Positions 48,104 to 58,341 are shown, counted from the first letter of the stretch. The stretch: DNA of 64,000 bases from an uncultured archaeon (GCA_963787445.1 CAWBCT010000005.1:576001-640000); one strand, 5' to 3'. Notes: a model not told the origin generated them from the sequence alone. Made by a program: numbers and translations.

Positions 48104-48682
48104 ATGGTTAAGGAGATCTACTACGTAACCTCAAATCCTGGGAAAGCAAGGTCTCTCCAGAATACGCTTTCAGGTTTCGGGATAGCCGTCAAGCAGCTCA
48201 ACCTGGGCCTAGTCGAGCCTCAGAGCCACGATGTTCGTGAGATAGCCATAGAGAAGGCCAAGAACGCGTTCAAAAAGATTGGCAAGCCGTGTGTGGTGAA
48301 TGACGCGGGCTTCTACATGGATGCGCTCAACGGCTTCCCGGGCCCGCTGATAAGGCCCATATTAGATACCATAGGCATAGAGGGCATACTTAAACTTGTT
48401 GAAGGAAAAGGGAGGGCATGCGAGTTCAGGCACTGTTTTGCCTACATGGGAGAGGGGATGCAGGAGCCCGTCTGCTTTGAAGATGATGTGAAGGGCAGTC
48501 TTACAGAGTCGCCGCTCGGGGAGCTGAAGGAGAATGCCTGGTCTAGGCTATTCCTCTTCTTCGTGCCCGAGAAGCTGAACAGGACCCTGGCGCAGATGTC
48601 GATAGAGGAATATCTCAGATGGCACAAGGGCAATGCGGACAGGGCAGAGCTCGAGCTAGCGGCGTACCTTAAGGAGAAATAA
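48104..48682 (+). CDS. Non-canonical purine NTP pyrophosphatase (HAM1/ITPase family)
   Basis: VTSNPGK, EPQ, IAIEKA, DAGFYMDALNGFPGP. Confidence 0.9.
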   Translation: MVKEIYYVTSNPGKARSLQNTLSGFGIAVKQLNLGLVEPQSHDVREIAIEKAKNAFKKIGKPCVVNDAGFYMDALNGFPGPLIRPILDTIGIEGILKLVEGKGRACEFRHCFAYMGEGMQEPVCFEDDVKGSLTESPLGELKENAWSRLFLFFVPEKLNRTLAQMSIEEYLRWHKGNADRAELELAAYLKEK

Positions 48683-48706
48683 GCAGTTCATACTAGGTGG
48701 GGAATA

Positions 48707-48982
48707 ATGGACAAAAGCAACACGAATAGCGTAAGGACCAGGATGCGCAGCGAGCCGTGCTCGCTGTTCTTCATAAGGCCGGACGGGCGCTCCGATGCGC
48801 ACGCGTCCGCGGAGCGGCTGATGCGACTCAAAGGGGTGGCGGAGGTGGTGGTCACCAGCGGACCCTACGCCTTCATGGTAAAGAGCATGCCCGGCAGGCA
48901 TCCGGACGGGCTCAAGCAACGCCTGGCAAGGCGCCACGGGAGGCCCACGGTGCTTGAGTGCCACTATAGGTATAAGCGATAA
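48707..48982 (+). CDS. Small Lrp/AsnC effector (RAM)-like protein
   Basis: LKGVAEVVVTSGPYAFMVK. Confidence 0.55.
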   Translation: MDKSNTNSVRTRMRSEPCSLFFIRPDGRSDAHASAERLMRLKGVAEVVVTSGPYAFMVKSMPGRHPDGLKQRLARRHGRPTVLECHYRYKR

Positions 48983-49091
48983 ATAGTAGTACCATAGTCT
49001 CTAGCGTGAGCCAGTCAAACCAGCACCTCTTCCATAAGACCTGCAATATCTATGGTAAGCCATATATATCTATAGCTCTATATTGTCATCC

Positions 49092-49319
49092 ATGGAAACT
49101 ACGATACAAGTGCACAGAGGATTGAAGGACAAACTGGAAAAACTGAAGATTCACCCCAGGGAATCCTACGAAAAGGTAATCGAAAGGCTAATTTCAAGCA
49201 AGATTGACCAGGAGCCCCTGTCCGCAGAGGAGATAAAAGATATCGAAAAGTCATTGAAGGACATAAAAAATGGCAAGCTATACACTACCAAAGAAATGAG
49301 TGAAAAACTTGGGATATGA
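49092..49319 (+). CDS. Antitoxin (RHH-like) of a RelE pair
   Basis: TTIQV...LEKLKIHPRESYEKVIERL...DIKNGKLYT; overlaps the toxin start. Confidence 0.8.
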   Translation: METTIQVHRGLKDKLEKLKIHPRESYEKVIERLISSKIDQEPLSAEEIKDIEKSLKDIKNGKLYTTKEMSEKLGI

Positions 49320-49573
49320 TGTATGAAGTCATATGGTCTGAAACCTCCATTACCAACCTTCAAAGGTTAGATAAGTCTACGGAAAGGCGAATCAGAGACA
49401 AAGTCGAGTCTATAAAAGAGACACCCTTTAGCTTTGTGAAAGGACTGGAGGGAGTGCACCTTTACAGTCTTAGGGTTGGTGGATACAGGGTTATACTGGA
49501 TATCGAACGCAAGAAGATGATAATTCTGGTCATGAGAATCGGGAACCGGAAAAGAATTTATGATAGTCTATAA
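49316..49573 (+). CDS. relE: RelE/ParE family toxin
   Basis: YEVIWS, YSLRVGGYRVI, IGNRKRIYD. Confidence 0.9.
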   Translation: MMYEVIWSETSITNLQRLDKSTERRIRDKVESIKETPFSFVKGLEGVHLYSLRVGGYRVILDIERKKMIILVMRIGNRKRIYDSL

Positions 49574-49599
49574 TCTAAAGTCATTATGATGTTGCTTCT

Positions 49600-51045
49600 T
49601 CAGTAAGACTTGGCGAAGTAGGCTACGGTGTCCGTCGCAGTCCCGCAGTATATGCACTTGCCCTTCTTCTTCTCGTCGAACGGGATGACGCGGTTCGTTG
49701 CGGTGGTGTCCGCCTTTATCTTGGCCTCGCACTCGGCGCTTCCGCACCAGTTCACCTTCACGAAGCCCTTCCCGACGTGCTCCTTGAACTGCTCGTAGCT
49801 CTTCGCGGTGAAGATGCGCTCCTTCATGATCGCCTTGTTGCGCTTGAACAGGTCCTTCTGGATGGTCTTCATGAGCTTAGAAACGGTCTTTACGGCATCC
49901 TCGCTCTTTACTTTTAGTTTCTCGCCCGTATCTCTCCTGACAACGACCACGCAGCCTTCCTTGAGGTCCCGGGGCCCTATCTCTATCCTTATCGGAACCC
50001 CCCTGAGCTCCCAGTGGTTGAACTTGTATCCTGGGGACCTTCCTTCACGGTCGTCATACTTGACCGTTATGCTTTTCTTCTTCAGTTTCGCTGTGAGCTC
50101 TCCGACCACCTTCCCTATGTTTGTCTTGTCCTCATCTGAGAAGAGTATCGGAACTATGACAACCTGAATAGGTGCGACCATTGGGGGAAGCATCAATCCC
50201 TTATCATCGCTGTTCAGCATCGCAAGAGCGCCCATGATGCGCGTGGAGATGCCCCAGGAGGTGGTGTGCACGTTCTGCTGCTTGCCCTCCTTGTTCAGGA
50301 CGCTCACGCCGAAGTGCTTGGAGAAGTTCTCTCCTAGGTAGTGGGAGGTTGCAGACTGCAGCGCCTTCCCGTCGGGCATTATCGCTTCTATTGCAAGAGT
50401 GTAAACCGCTCCAGGGAACTTCTCAGACTCTGACTTCGTCCCGAGTATAACCGGTATTGCAAGGTACTTCTCCGAAAGTTCCTTGTAGAAGTTGAGCGCG
50501 AGCATCACCTCCTTCTCCGCCTCCTCTTTGGTCAGGTGCGCGGTGTGCCCCTCCTGCCAGAGGAACTCAGAGGTCCTTACGAACGGTTTGGTCGCCTTTA
50601 TCTCGGCCCTTGCGACATTGCACCACTGGTTGAGGAGCATCGGCAGGTCCCTCCAGCTGCGTATCCACTTCGCCATAAAGTGGTAGATTATCGTCTCGGA
50701 AGTGGGTCTTATCGCCAGCCTCTCCTCAAGCTCTCTGTCGCCGCTCTTTGTAACCCAGAACAGCTCCGGAGCAAAGCCTTTGACGTGTTCGGACTCCCTC
50801 ATAAAGAAGCTTTCGGGTATGAAAAGAGGGAAGTAGGCGTTGGTGTGGCCCGTCTCTTTTATCATCTTGTCGAATATGGCCTGTATTCTCTCCCAGATGG
50901 CGTAGCCGTAGGGCATTATCGCCATGGTTCCCTTCACCGGGCCGTAATCAGCGAGCTCTGACTTGGATACGAGTTGCGTGTACCACTCGGAGAAGTCCTC
51001 GTTCTTCTTTACGGTTATGCCCTTTTGATCCTCTTCATTTGCCAC
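49600..51045 (-). CDS. proS: Prolyl-tRNA synthetase (archaeal/eukaryal type)
   Basis: FSEWY, RPTSET, NQWCNV, EFLWQEGHT, SWGISTR, GVPIRIEIGP, AKSY terminus. Confidence 0.96.
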   Translation of the reverse strand: MANEEDQKGITVKKNEDFSEWYTQLVSKSELADYGPVKGTMAIMPYGYAIWERIQAIFDKMIKETGHTNAYFPLFIPESFFMRESEHVKGFAPELFWVTKSGDRELEERLAIRPTSETIIYHFMAKWIRSWRDLPMLLNQWCNVARAEIKATKPFVRTSEFLWQEGHTAHLTKEEAEKEVMLALNFYKELSEKYLAIPVILGTKSESEKFPGAVYTLAIEAIMPDGKALQSATSHYLGENFSKHFGVSVLNKEGKQQNVHTTSWGISTRIMGALAMLNSDDKGLMLPPMVAPIQVVIVPILFSDEDKTNIGKVVGELTAKLKKKSITVKYDDREGRSPGYKFNHWELRGVPIRIEIGPRDLKEGCVVVVRRDTGEKLKVKSEDAVKTVSKLMKTIQKDLFKRNKAIMKERIFTAKSYEQFKEHVGKGFVKVNWCGSAECEAKIKADTTATNRVIPFDEKKKGKCIYCGTATDTVAYFAKSY

Positions 51046-51127
51046 AATCACACCGGTCAAATCCTTAAGACTCTTATCTATGATAAGAACCATTCGGACT
51101 TTATCTTTTAATATGCTTCTGTATGGG

Positions 51128-51718
51128 CTATAGCCCGAACTCTGCCAGCTCCTTGTCGAGACGTCGCCTGCCTACGAAATGGATGGCGTTCATCCCTACC
51201 TTCCTTGCACCTTCAACATTTTCAATCATGTTGTCTATGAATACGGTCTCTTCAGGTTTTAGGCCCATCTTCTTGAGTGCATACCTGTATATCTTTGGAT
51301 CGGGTTTCCTCGCTTTTATGTAGCAGGATTGGAACCTGTAGTCAAAAAGGTCCATGTTGAGGATCTTGGTAGTGTATCTATACCTCGCGATATCGGCGTT
51401 CGTGAGAAGCGCTGTCTTGTACTCCTTTTGCAGTTGCTCAACAAGCTCCAGGACATCATAATTCATCTTTACTGTTTTCTTGTAGAATTCAATCCACTGC
51501 ACCTGGCTCTTTTTGATTCCCAGCGTCTTTGCAATACCTGCAGAGAATCGGTCGATGCCCATCTTACCGCTTTCAAACGGGGCAAGCAAGCCCTTCTCTA
51601 TGGTCCTCTCTATAAACCGATACGGTTTGCCGCTTATCCTGGAAAGATGATGGTAATAGTCGGTATTCGTGAAGCGCACAACCACGCCTCCGATATCAAA
51701 TATGACGGCACGTATCAT
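51128..51718 (-). CDS. HAD-family phosphatase
   Basis: FDIGGV, LTN, RKPDPKIY, FIDN. Confidence 0.9.
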   Translation of the reverse strand: MIRAVIFDIGGVVVRFTNTDYYHHLSRISGKPYRFIERTIEKGLLAPFESGKMGIDRFSAGIAKTLGIKKSQVQWIEFYKKTVKMNYDVLELVEQLQKEYKTALLTNADIARYRYTTKILNMDLFDYRFQSCYIKARKPDPKIYRYALKKMGLKPEETVFIDNMIENVEGARKVGMNAIHFVGRRRLDKELAEFGL

Positions 51719-51784
51719 CTAATCAGCAGATAGGAGTCCACATAAGGATATTAATATCTTCATGTCGATAAAGAATACAACGCC

Positions 51785-51917
51785 GGGGTTGTGGCGTAAC
51801 TTGGTAGCGCGGCAGCCTCCAGATGTTTATTGATTTGAGCCTCGGGCTGTGATGATGATCTGGAAAGACTAAATATGAAGTAAGCTGCATGTTCGGGTTC
51901 AAATCCCGGCAACCCCA
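51785..51917 (+). tRNA. tRNA-Trp(CCA) with a 60-nt canonical-position intron (51823-51882)
   Basis: Acceptor GGGGTTG/CAACCCC; anticodon stem GCAGC/GCTGC with CT-CCA-G; T-loop GTTCAAAT; relaxed BHB. Confidence 0.92.
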
Positions 51918-52899
51918 AACCTTTCTTTTATTGACCCCGTTCTAATAATCTCAAGATAGGTCTCCCGGGCCTTTTCCAAGTCCCTCTTCCTCACCTTCTC
52001 GCCTTTTGTGTGGGCAAACCTATACTCTCCCGGCCCGAAGATGGCGCAGGGGGCCTTCCTCGCCCAGAAGAACAGCTCTGCGAAGTAAGGCGCCACTTCT
52101 ACCCCGGCCACTGCCGATGCGGGTGCCGTAGGCTCGAAAGAGTACTCGATGGTTAGTTTGCAACCCCGAATCGCATCTCTTACCCTGCTAATCACCTTTT
52201 TGTTCTCCTGGGCCGTCCTCAGTTCAACCAACGCCTCCGCATAGTCCGGAACGACGTTGGGTGCAACGCCTCCGGAGATCCTGCCAACGTTGAGCGTTGT
52301 CCTGCCCAAAACCGGGCTTCGCGGGAACGTCATGGCGTTTAACCTAGCAATGTCCTCCACAAGGGAGTTTATGGCCGAAACCCCCGCCTCAGGCGTGGCG
52401 CCCGGCGCTGCCCTGCCCCGGGCCCGGAGATGCATCCCCACCAAACCCCTCTGGGCGGTGAAGAACTGCAGCCCCGTCGGTTCGCCGACTATCACCAGCC
52501 TGGGAGTTGCCAGTCGTAGGGCTTTGCGGACGCCGCTGAATCTGCCCTCCTCATCAACATCCAGCAGTATGCCGAAGTTGTCGAGCCCTTCCCTGGCCGC
52601 ATCCTCGCAGGCGCAGACCATCGAGGCAATACTCCCCTTTGCGTCGCACGCGCCCCTTCCAAACAGGTATTTGCTGTTCTCCTTCACTGTAAGAGCTCCG
52701 GGAACCGTATCCATGTGCGTAGTAAGAAGCACATCGGGTCTGCCTTCGAAGCCAACAGGTTGAACGAGTTGCCAATCTTTTGCTTCCGGACAACAAAGTT
52801 CTTGCTCAGACGTTTGAACAAGAACTGGCCCACATCCTGCTCGTCTCCGGAATAGGAAGGGATGTTCAGCAACCTGCGCGCCAATCGTACTGTTTCCAT
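51899..52899 (-). CDS. M20 family (ArgE/DapE/LysK-like) metallo-amidohydrolase, frameshift near 52748
   Basis: LLNIPSYSGDE, then THMDTV, GRGACDAKG, DEEG, VGEPT, NVVP, FGPG, AHT. Confidence 0.8.
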
Positions 52900-52908
52900 G
52901 CTCTAGCC

Positions 52909-53375
52909 TCACCGCAGGCAGATCCCCAGGTAGATCCTTTCTGGATATTCAGGATCCTGAACAGGTTTGCCCTTTGCTGTCCCGATGCCCATGGAAGTCT
53001 TCTGATCTGTGGCTTCAAGAATCCTGAATCCAAAGCCGGTGAACAGGCCCATCGAGGCCCCGTTCCTCCGGTCGGTCCTCAAGACAACCAGCTCATTCCC
53101 CTGTGCGCCGGCCCTTTCCACATAGCCTTCGCACAGCGCCCTGCCGATGCCCCCCATTCTCATCCGCGCCTCCACGGCTATCTCGTCCATGTAGCTGGCC
53201 TTCTTTGTGCCCAGGTAGGGCACGAGGAATGCGAACTTGTCCGTTGGAAGTGTGTACCCCCAGGTGAACCCGGCAACGCCCGACGAACCTGCTGATACCA
53301 GTGCTATTGGATTCGGCTGGGAGACGGCGTAGCCTAGGTCCTTTAGTATGTCGGACTCGCTCCAGAAATCACCTT
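52909..53375 (-). pseudogene. 5'-truncated GNAT acetyltransferase
   Basis: Open frame FWSESDILKDL...AGFTWGY...YMDEIAV...RMGGIGRAL has no canonical start upstream of the homologous-looking part and hits a stop further up. Confidence 0.55.
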
Positions 53376-53654
53376 CAAGCTTGTGTGATTGACTTTGCAG
53401 TTTCCGGCAGAGCGCGCTTAATTTGGGGTATCGTCAGGACAGAACTCTTGGCCATTTTATACCATTCACGACCATAAGCACAGTATTAGCGTAGGTGAAT
53501 ATCCTTGTCTCTCAATCATTATCATTCTGGACATTTAAATCATCTTTAGTTATTACTTGATAATAATTATGTATTAATTGATATATAAAGCATTATGTGC
53601 AGATTGTATAACCTTATAAGCTGCATATTTATTGTCTGATTCAAGCGCAATTAT

Positions 53655-53668
53655 CGGCAACCCAAACC
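53655..53668 (+). repeat. Degenerate copy of the tRNA-Trp 3' end (att-like)
   Basis: CGGCAACCCAAACC versus CGGCAACCCCAAACC at 51907-51921. Confidence 0.5.
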
Positions 53669-53674
53669 CACAAT

Positions 53675-54211
53675 TTATTTAAATTCCTTTAGAATAGCCC
53701 CAAGCTCCTTGACCGAGATTGTGAAGTAGTCGCCCGACATGTAGTTGCGCGATATCCTATAGTTTCTGCTGCGTGCGGCGTTGTCCAGCTCTTTCCACGA
53801 TATCTTCTTTGCCCGTATCAGGGACTCAAACTGTATTATCAACTTCACCTTCCGGACCAATTCATCCCTTCCCGGAGCATTCTTGTCGACCACCCTGAGG
53901 AACTTTATTGCCTCCTCGTACTCCCCGCCGCGTATGAGACCCCTGAAGTACTTGAGCTGCTCAAGGCTCATGCCGCGCTCCCTGCTGATCACGCTGTACT
54001 TGATATTGAGGTAATCCATGACTATTATCACAAAGAAGACGCCGCTTACCAGCAGGAACAGGAAGAAAAATACGTAGTTCTGCGCGCCGAGGAAAAATAC
54101 GGAAACTGAGATGAACAGGGTTATGAGGATCTGCCAGGCTATCCCTCGCACCTGGAAGTTGTAGAACTCGATCTGCCTGCTTATCTCCTTCGTGGCCTTT
54201 GTATCGTCCAT
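53675..54211 (-). CDS. Hypothetical membrane protein (2 TM)
   Basis: Two hydrophobic helices and a basic C-domain. Confidence 0.65.
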   Translation of the reverse strand: MDDTKATKEISRQIEFYNFQVRGIAWQILITLFISVSVFFLGAQNYVFFFLFLLVSGVFFVIIVMDYLNIKYSVISRERGMSLEQLKYFRGLIRGGEYEEAIKFLRVVDKNAPGRDELVRKVKLIIQFESLIRAKKISWKELDNAARSRNYRISRNYMSGDYFTISVKELGAILKEFK

Positions 54212-54229
54212 TTTTTCACAGTTCTTTGG

Positions 54230-54823
54230 TCATTCCTTCGGCCTAACATAGCACGCCCTGCATCGCGGCTCGTAGGACTCCTTTCCACCCACCTGCACCT
54301 GCGGCCCGAAAACCTCCTTTCCGTCGATAACCCTCTGCGAGAACGAGGCGCCGTCCTCCCCGCACTTCAGGCAGATGGCATTAAGCGAGATGATATCATC
54401 AGCCAGGGCCAGCAGCTCTCCCGTGTTCGGGAAGGGCTTGCCCATGTGGTCCTTCTCAAGCAGCGAGACGTATACGCTCTTGCCATCGTAGGCCAGCCTG
54501 TTCAGCAGTTTTGGAAGATCGGCATCGCTGTTCCAGAACTGGGCCTCATCAACACCAAGCACCTTGTAATTCTTGGTTATGTCAATTATTGCCTGTTTAC
54601 CCGCGCTCCCTATGTCTATGGAGTAGGCCTTCATCTTCAGCCCCTTGTGGGACACCACATCAGCATCGCTGTACCTGGTGTCTATCTTGGGCTTGAAAAG
54701 AACGGGCTCCCTGCCAGCTATCTCCTCCCTCTCCAGCAGCTCCATCAGCCTTGAGGTCTTGCCCGAGAACATAGAGCCTCGTATAACTATCAGCTTCCCT
54801 CCTCTGTTGCCGTTTCTCACCAT
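54230..54823 (-). CDS. tdk: Thymidine kinase
   Basis: GSMFSGKTS, FKPKIDTRY, VDEAQF, CLKCG, VGGKESYEPRCRAC. Confidence 0.95.
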   Translation of the reverse strand: MVRNGNRGGKLIVIRGSMFSGKTSRLMELLEREEIAGREPVLFKPKIDTRYSDADVVSHKGLKMKAYSIDIGSAGKQAIIDITKNYKVLGVDEAQFWNSDADLPKLLNRLAYDGKSVYVSLLEKDHMGKPFPNTGELLALADDIISLNAICLKCGEDGASFSQRVIDGKEVFGPQVQVGGKESYEPRCRACYVRPKE

Positions 54824-54895
54824 GTCACCGTTCAATACTTCAGTCAGGAAGAGATTAATAGGTTGCTGTGTTTTGCTTGATTCCTGTTACAAATA

Positions 54896-54981
54896 TGCAG
54901 GGGATGAGATTTGAACTCATGCACCCACAAAGGGAACGGGTCCTAAGCCCGTCGCATTTGGCCAAGCTCTGCCACCCCTGC
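54896..54981 (-). tRNA. tRNA-Leu(TAG)
   Basis: Reverse complement GCAGGGG...ACGGG-CTTAGGA-CCCGT, long variable arm, GTTCAAAT, CCCCTGCA. Confidence 0.93.
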
Positions 54982-55051
54982 ATGTCGATACTATTGACTG
55001 AAGGTATTATAATAATTTATCCTCTATAATGATTGCTATAATGGCTGTTTC

Positions 55052-56356
55052 ATGATAACGACAAAGTACGTCCGTGACAATCTTGCAGAGATACGCGCTA
55101 CTCTCAAGAGCAGGAACAGCAAGTTCCCCCTAGACGAGCTTCTGGCCATTGACGAGAAGTGGAGGAAGACGAAGACCGAGCTCCAGGAGCTCCAGGCGAA
55201 GCGAAACAAGGCCAGCCTTGAGATCTCCGAGACAAAGAAGAAGGGAGGCGACGTAAAGGAGAAGATTGCCGCGCTTGGGGCCCTAAAGACAAAGATAGAG
55301 GCGGATGAGGCGAACCTCTCTGCCTACGAGTCGAAGATAGACGCGCTGGTCTGGAGCGTGCCCAACGTGCTGGACAAGTCCGTACCGATCGGCAACCCTC
55401 CCGAAGCGAGCAAGACGCTTAAGACCTGGGGCACTGTCAAGCAGAAGAAGGGCCCGAATCATGAAGAGATACTTACAAAGCTCGGTTTCCTTGATGTGGA
55501 ACGCGCCGCGAAGACCGCGGGCTCCAGGTTCTACTTCCTCCGTGGCGATTTGGTGCTACTTGAGAGCGCACTCACGCGCTACGCGCTTGACAAGATGGCG
55601 AAGAAAGGCTATGTGCCGATCCTTCCGCCCTTCATGCTTCGCAAGAAGTACTACAAGGGCGTTGCCCCTCTCGGAGTATTCGAGGATGCACTCTATCGAA
55701 TATCAGAAGCAAACGAGGCCTCAGGGTTAAAGGATGCGGAGCACCTGGACGATGAATTATTCCTGATAAGCACCGCGGAGCACAGCCTTGCGGCAATGCA
55801 CGCGGAGGAGCTCTTCTCCGGCAATGCTCTCCCGCTCAAGTATGCTGGCGTTAGCCCCTCATTCAGGCGCGAGGCTGGTTCGCACGGGAAGGACACGAAG
55901 GGCATATTCAGAGTCCACCAGTTCAACAAGGTAGAGCAGTTCGTCTACTGCAGGCAGGAGGATGAGCAGAAGTACTTTGACGAGCTCCTTGCCAACTCCG
56001 AGGAGTTCATGCAGGAGCTAAAGCTTCCCTACAGGCTCGTACTATTATGCAGCGGGGACACGGGCCACCAGATGACCAAGACGGTTGACTGGGAGGCCTA
56101 CTTCCCGGGCCAGGGCGACTACCGCGAGCTGGGCTCCTGCTCGAGCGCCGGAACCTGGCAGAGCCTGCGCCTTGACATAAAGTATGATGAGAAAGGGGAG
56201 CGCAAGTACGTTTACACGCTCAACAGCACCGCGATAAGCATCCAGCGCACCCTGGCCTGCATAGTGGAGAACTATCTCACAGAGAAGGGAACCATAAAGA
56301 TTCCAGACGTGCTTATACCTTACATGAACGGGAAGAAGGAGATAGGCGGCGCATAG
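55052..56356 (+). CDS. serS: Seryl-tRNA synthetase
   Basis: N-terminal coiled coil, GSRFYFL, STAEH, FRREAGSHG, RVHQFNKVEQF, ELGSCS, TLNST. Confidence 0.96.
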   Translation: MITTKYVRDNLAEIRATLKSRNSKFPLDELLAIDEKWRKTKTELQELQAKRNKASLEISETKKKGGDVKEKIAALGALKTKIEADEANLSAYESKIDALVWSVPNVLDKSVPIGNPPEASKTLKTWGTVKQKKGPNHEEILTKLGFLDVERAAKTAGSRFYFLRGDLVLLESALTRYALDKMAKKGYVPILPPFMLRKKYYKGVAPLGVFEDALYRISEANEASGLKDAEHLDDELFLISTAEHSLAAMHAEELFSGNALPLKYAGVSPSFRREAGSHGKDTKGIFRVHQFNKVEQFVYCRQEDEQKYFDELLANSEEFMQELKLPYRLVLLCSGDTGHQMTKTVDWEAYFPGQGDYRELGSCSSAGTWQSLRLDIKYDEKGERKYVYTLNSTAISIQRTLACIVENYLTEKGTIKIPDVLIPYMNGKKEIGGA

Positions 56357-56367
56357 CGGGTCTGGGC

Positions 56368-57564
56368 ATGAAGAACGAATACAACATCCTAAGGGAGGTA
56401 AAGCGCCTAAAGAGCATACGCGGCTACGGCACCGAGCTCATCAGCGTCTACGTTCCTGCAGGAAACTCACTCGATGCGACCGTCGCCAAGCTGAAGGACG
56501 AGCACAGTCAGTCGGGCAACATAAAGTCGAAGAGCACTAGGCAGAACGTCCAGGCTGCCATAGACAAGATGATCCAGTACCTAAGGCTTTACCGCGGCAC
56601 GCCCAAGAACGGGCTTGCGGTCTTCTGCGGCAACCTTTCGGACAACCAGAGCAAGACCGACATCGAGCTCTTCTCTATAGAGCCTCCGTCACCACTTGGA
56701 ATCAACCTCTACCGCTGCGACTCCATGTTCTTCCTTGAGCCACTGGAGGCGATGCTGGACAACAAGGAGACCTACTGCCTGGTGGTGATGGACGGGCGTG
56801 AGGCCACAATCGCTACGCTTAAGGGCGCGCACATTCAGGTGGTGCGCCGTCTCCACTCTAATGCCCACGCAAAGGTTCGCAAGGGTGGCCAGTCCGCCCA
56901 GAGGTTTGAGCGTGCAAGGGAGGAGAGCATAGGCGACTACGCAAACCGCATCAGCGAGAGTGTGAACGATCTTTTCATGAAGAACGAGTTCAAGATAAAG
57001 GGCGTCCTGGTCGGAGGCCCCGGGCCGGCAAAGGAGGGATTCATCAAGGGGCACTCGCTTAACTATCAGATCAAGATTCTTGGGACTTTCGACACTGGCT
57101 ACACCGACGAGTTCGGCCTGCACGAGATCGTTGAGAAGGCAGCCGACCTGCTCAAAGAGGAGGTTGCAGCCAAGGAGCGCAAGGTTGTGGAGCGCTTCAT
57201 GCAGGAGCGCGTCCGCAACGGGCTTGCCGTATTCGGCTACGAGCCCACAAGGAGGGCTCTGGAGGCGAAGAAGGTAGGCACCCTCATGCTGAGCAGCGAG
57301 CTTGACCTGCACCTGGTAACCTACAAATGCCGCGCCTGCAACAAGGTCTTTGACGTGATCGAAACCGGCACAACGAGGCAGCAGAAGCACCCGGAAGACA
57401 ACGGGACTCTCGAAGTGACCGGGGAGAAGGATCTGATTGAGGAGATGGTCGAGCTCGCAGAGGCAATCGGGGCAGAGATAGTCTTCATCTCAAGCGAGAG
57501 CTCCTATGGAAGGGAGTTCACCATGGGATACCAGGGCGTGGGTGCCCTGCTTAGATACAAGTAG
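56368..57564 (+). CDS. prf1: Peptide chain release factor aRF1
   Basis: GTELISVY, NIKS, YRCD, GGQS, GVGALLRY. Confidence 0.96.
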   Translation: MKNEYNILREVKRLKSIRGYGTELISVYVPAGNSLDATVAKLKDEHSQSGNIKSKSTRQNVQAAIDKMIQYLRLYRGTPKNGLAVFCGNLSDNQSKTDIELFSIEPPSPLGINLYRCDSMFFLEPLEAMLDNKETYCLVVMDGREATIATLKGAHIQVVRRLHSNAHAKVRKGGQSAQRFERAREESIGDYANRISESVNDLFMKNEFKIKGVLVGGPGPAKEGFIKGHSLNYQIKILGTFDTGYTDEFGLHEIVEKAADLLKEEVAAKERKVVERFMQERVRNGLAVFGYEPTRRALEAKKVGTLMLSSELDLHLVTYKCRACNKVFDVIETGTTRQQKHPEDNGTLEVTGEKDLIEEMVELAEAIGAEIVFISSESSYGREFTMGYQGVGALLRYK

Positions 57565-57569
57565 AGAAA

Positions 57570-57791
57570 CTACTCGTGTATAGGTGTCGGTATTCCGTAT
57601 CTAAAATGATCAAGAAGTATCGAATCCCTAAGCTCTGCTGTCCTTTCCCTTGCCAAAACCTTTATGGTGGGGTGCGGCGTGTGCCTTTCTATGGCTTCTG
57701 AAGTGTCTGTTCTGCGGCAGCTAGCCAACACCTTGATGCTCGCATCCGGCGTCTGCGCAACCCGGTGTAGAAACTCTTTAGTCATTCTCAT
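57570..57791 (-). CDS. Small hypothetical protein
   Basis: 73-aa ORF with ATG start; no motif recognised. Confidence 0.4.
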   Translation of the reverse strand: MRMTKEFLHRVAQTPDASIKVLASCRRTDTSEAIERHTPHPTIKVLARERTAELRDSILLDHFRYGIPTPIHE

Positions 57792-58039
57792 AATATCGCC
57801 TAGATAATCTATTTGCGCATTATATGGGACTTTCGGCGCACTTCGGCAGGAATCGTATTGGAAACCGTGTCAGGTTTGCGCAAAAATCAGGCAGCTTTTC
57901 CGAAATATTCTAAAACAATACCAGAACGTTATTTTCCAGTCGACAGATTTGAAAAGTTAGTATGCCACTATTCCATCTTTTGTAGGACTCTTTTTAAAGC
58001 TTTTTATCCCATTAAGCCACGCTTAACTTTGGTGAAAAT

Positions 58040-58315
58040 GTGAGCGAACGAAAGTTTAGTCTTTACGATATAGAGCAGTTCATACGCGAGGCGGGCGCGG
58101 AGAAGGTAACCGAGGATGCGGTGCTCGACCTGGAGAGGGAGCTGGAGAAGCTCGCCGAGAGCGTGACAAACAAGGCGATGCGCTACGCGGAGCATGCGGG
58201 CAGGAAGCGGCTGATAAAGAGGTCGGACATACTCCTCACCAGAAACCTAAAGACGCTGCAGCAGCATGCCAGAAGGCGCGTGCTGCCGAATGCCCACTTA
58301 TACGTAACCAAGTAA
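58040..58315 (+). CDS. Archaeal histone-fold protein with basic C-terminal extension
   Basis: IREAGAEKVTEDAV...AMRYAEHAGRKRLIKRSDI matches the HMf-like fold; about 22 extra C-terminal residues. Confidence 0.88.
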   Translation: MSERKFSLYDIEQFIREAGAEKVTEDAVLDLERELEKLAESVTNKAMRYAEHAGRKRLIKRSDILLTRNLKTLQQHARRRVLPNAHLYVTK

Positions 58316-58341
58316 CTACAGATTCACAAGGAGCGGGATTA

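Noticed and set aside
34790-49600. Provirus or integrative element explaining the accessory region
   Set aside because: No integrase, capsid, packaging ATPase or flanking direct repeats were seen by eye.
57813-58043. 76-aa ORF upstream of the histone
   Set aside because: AT-rich promoter-like region, TTG start, no coding signature.
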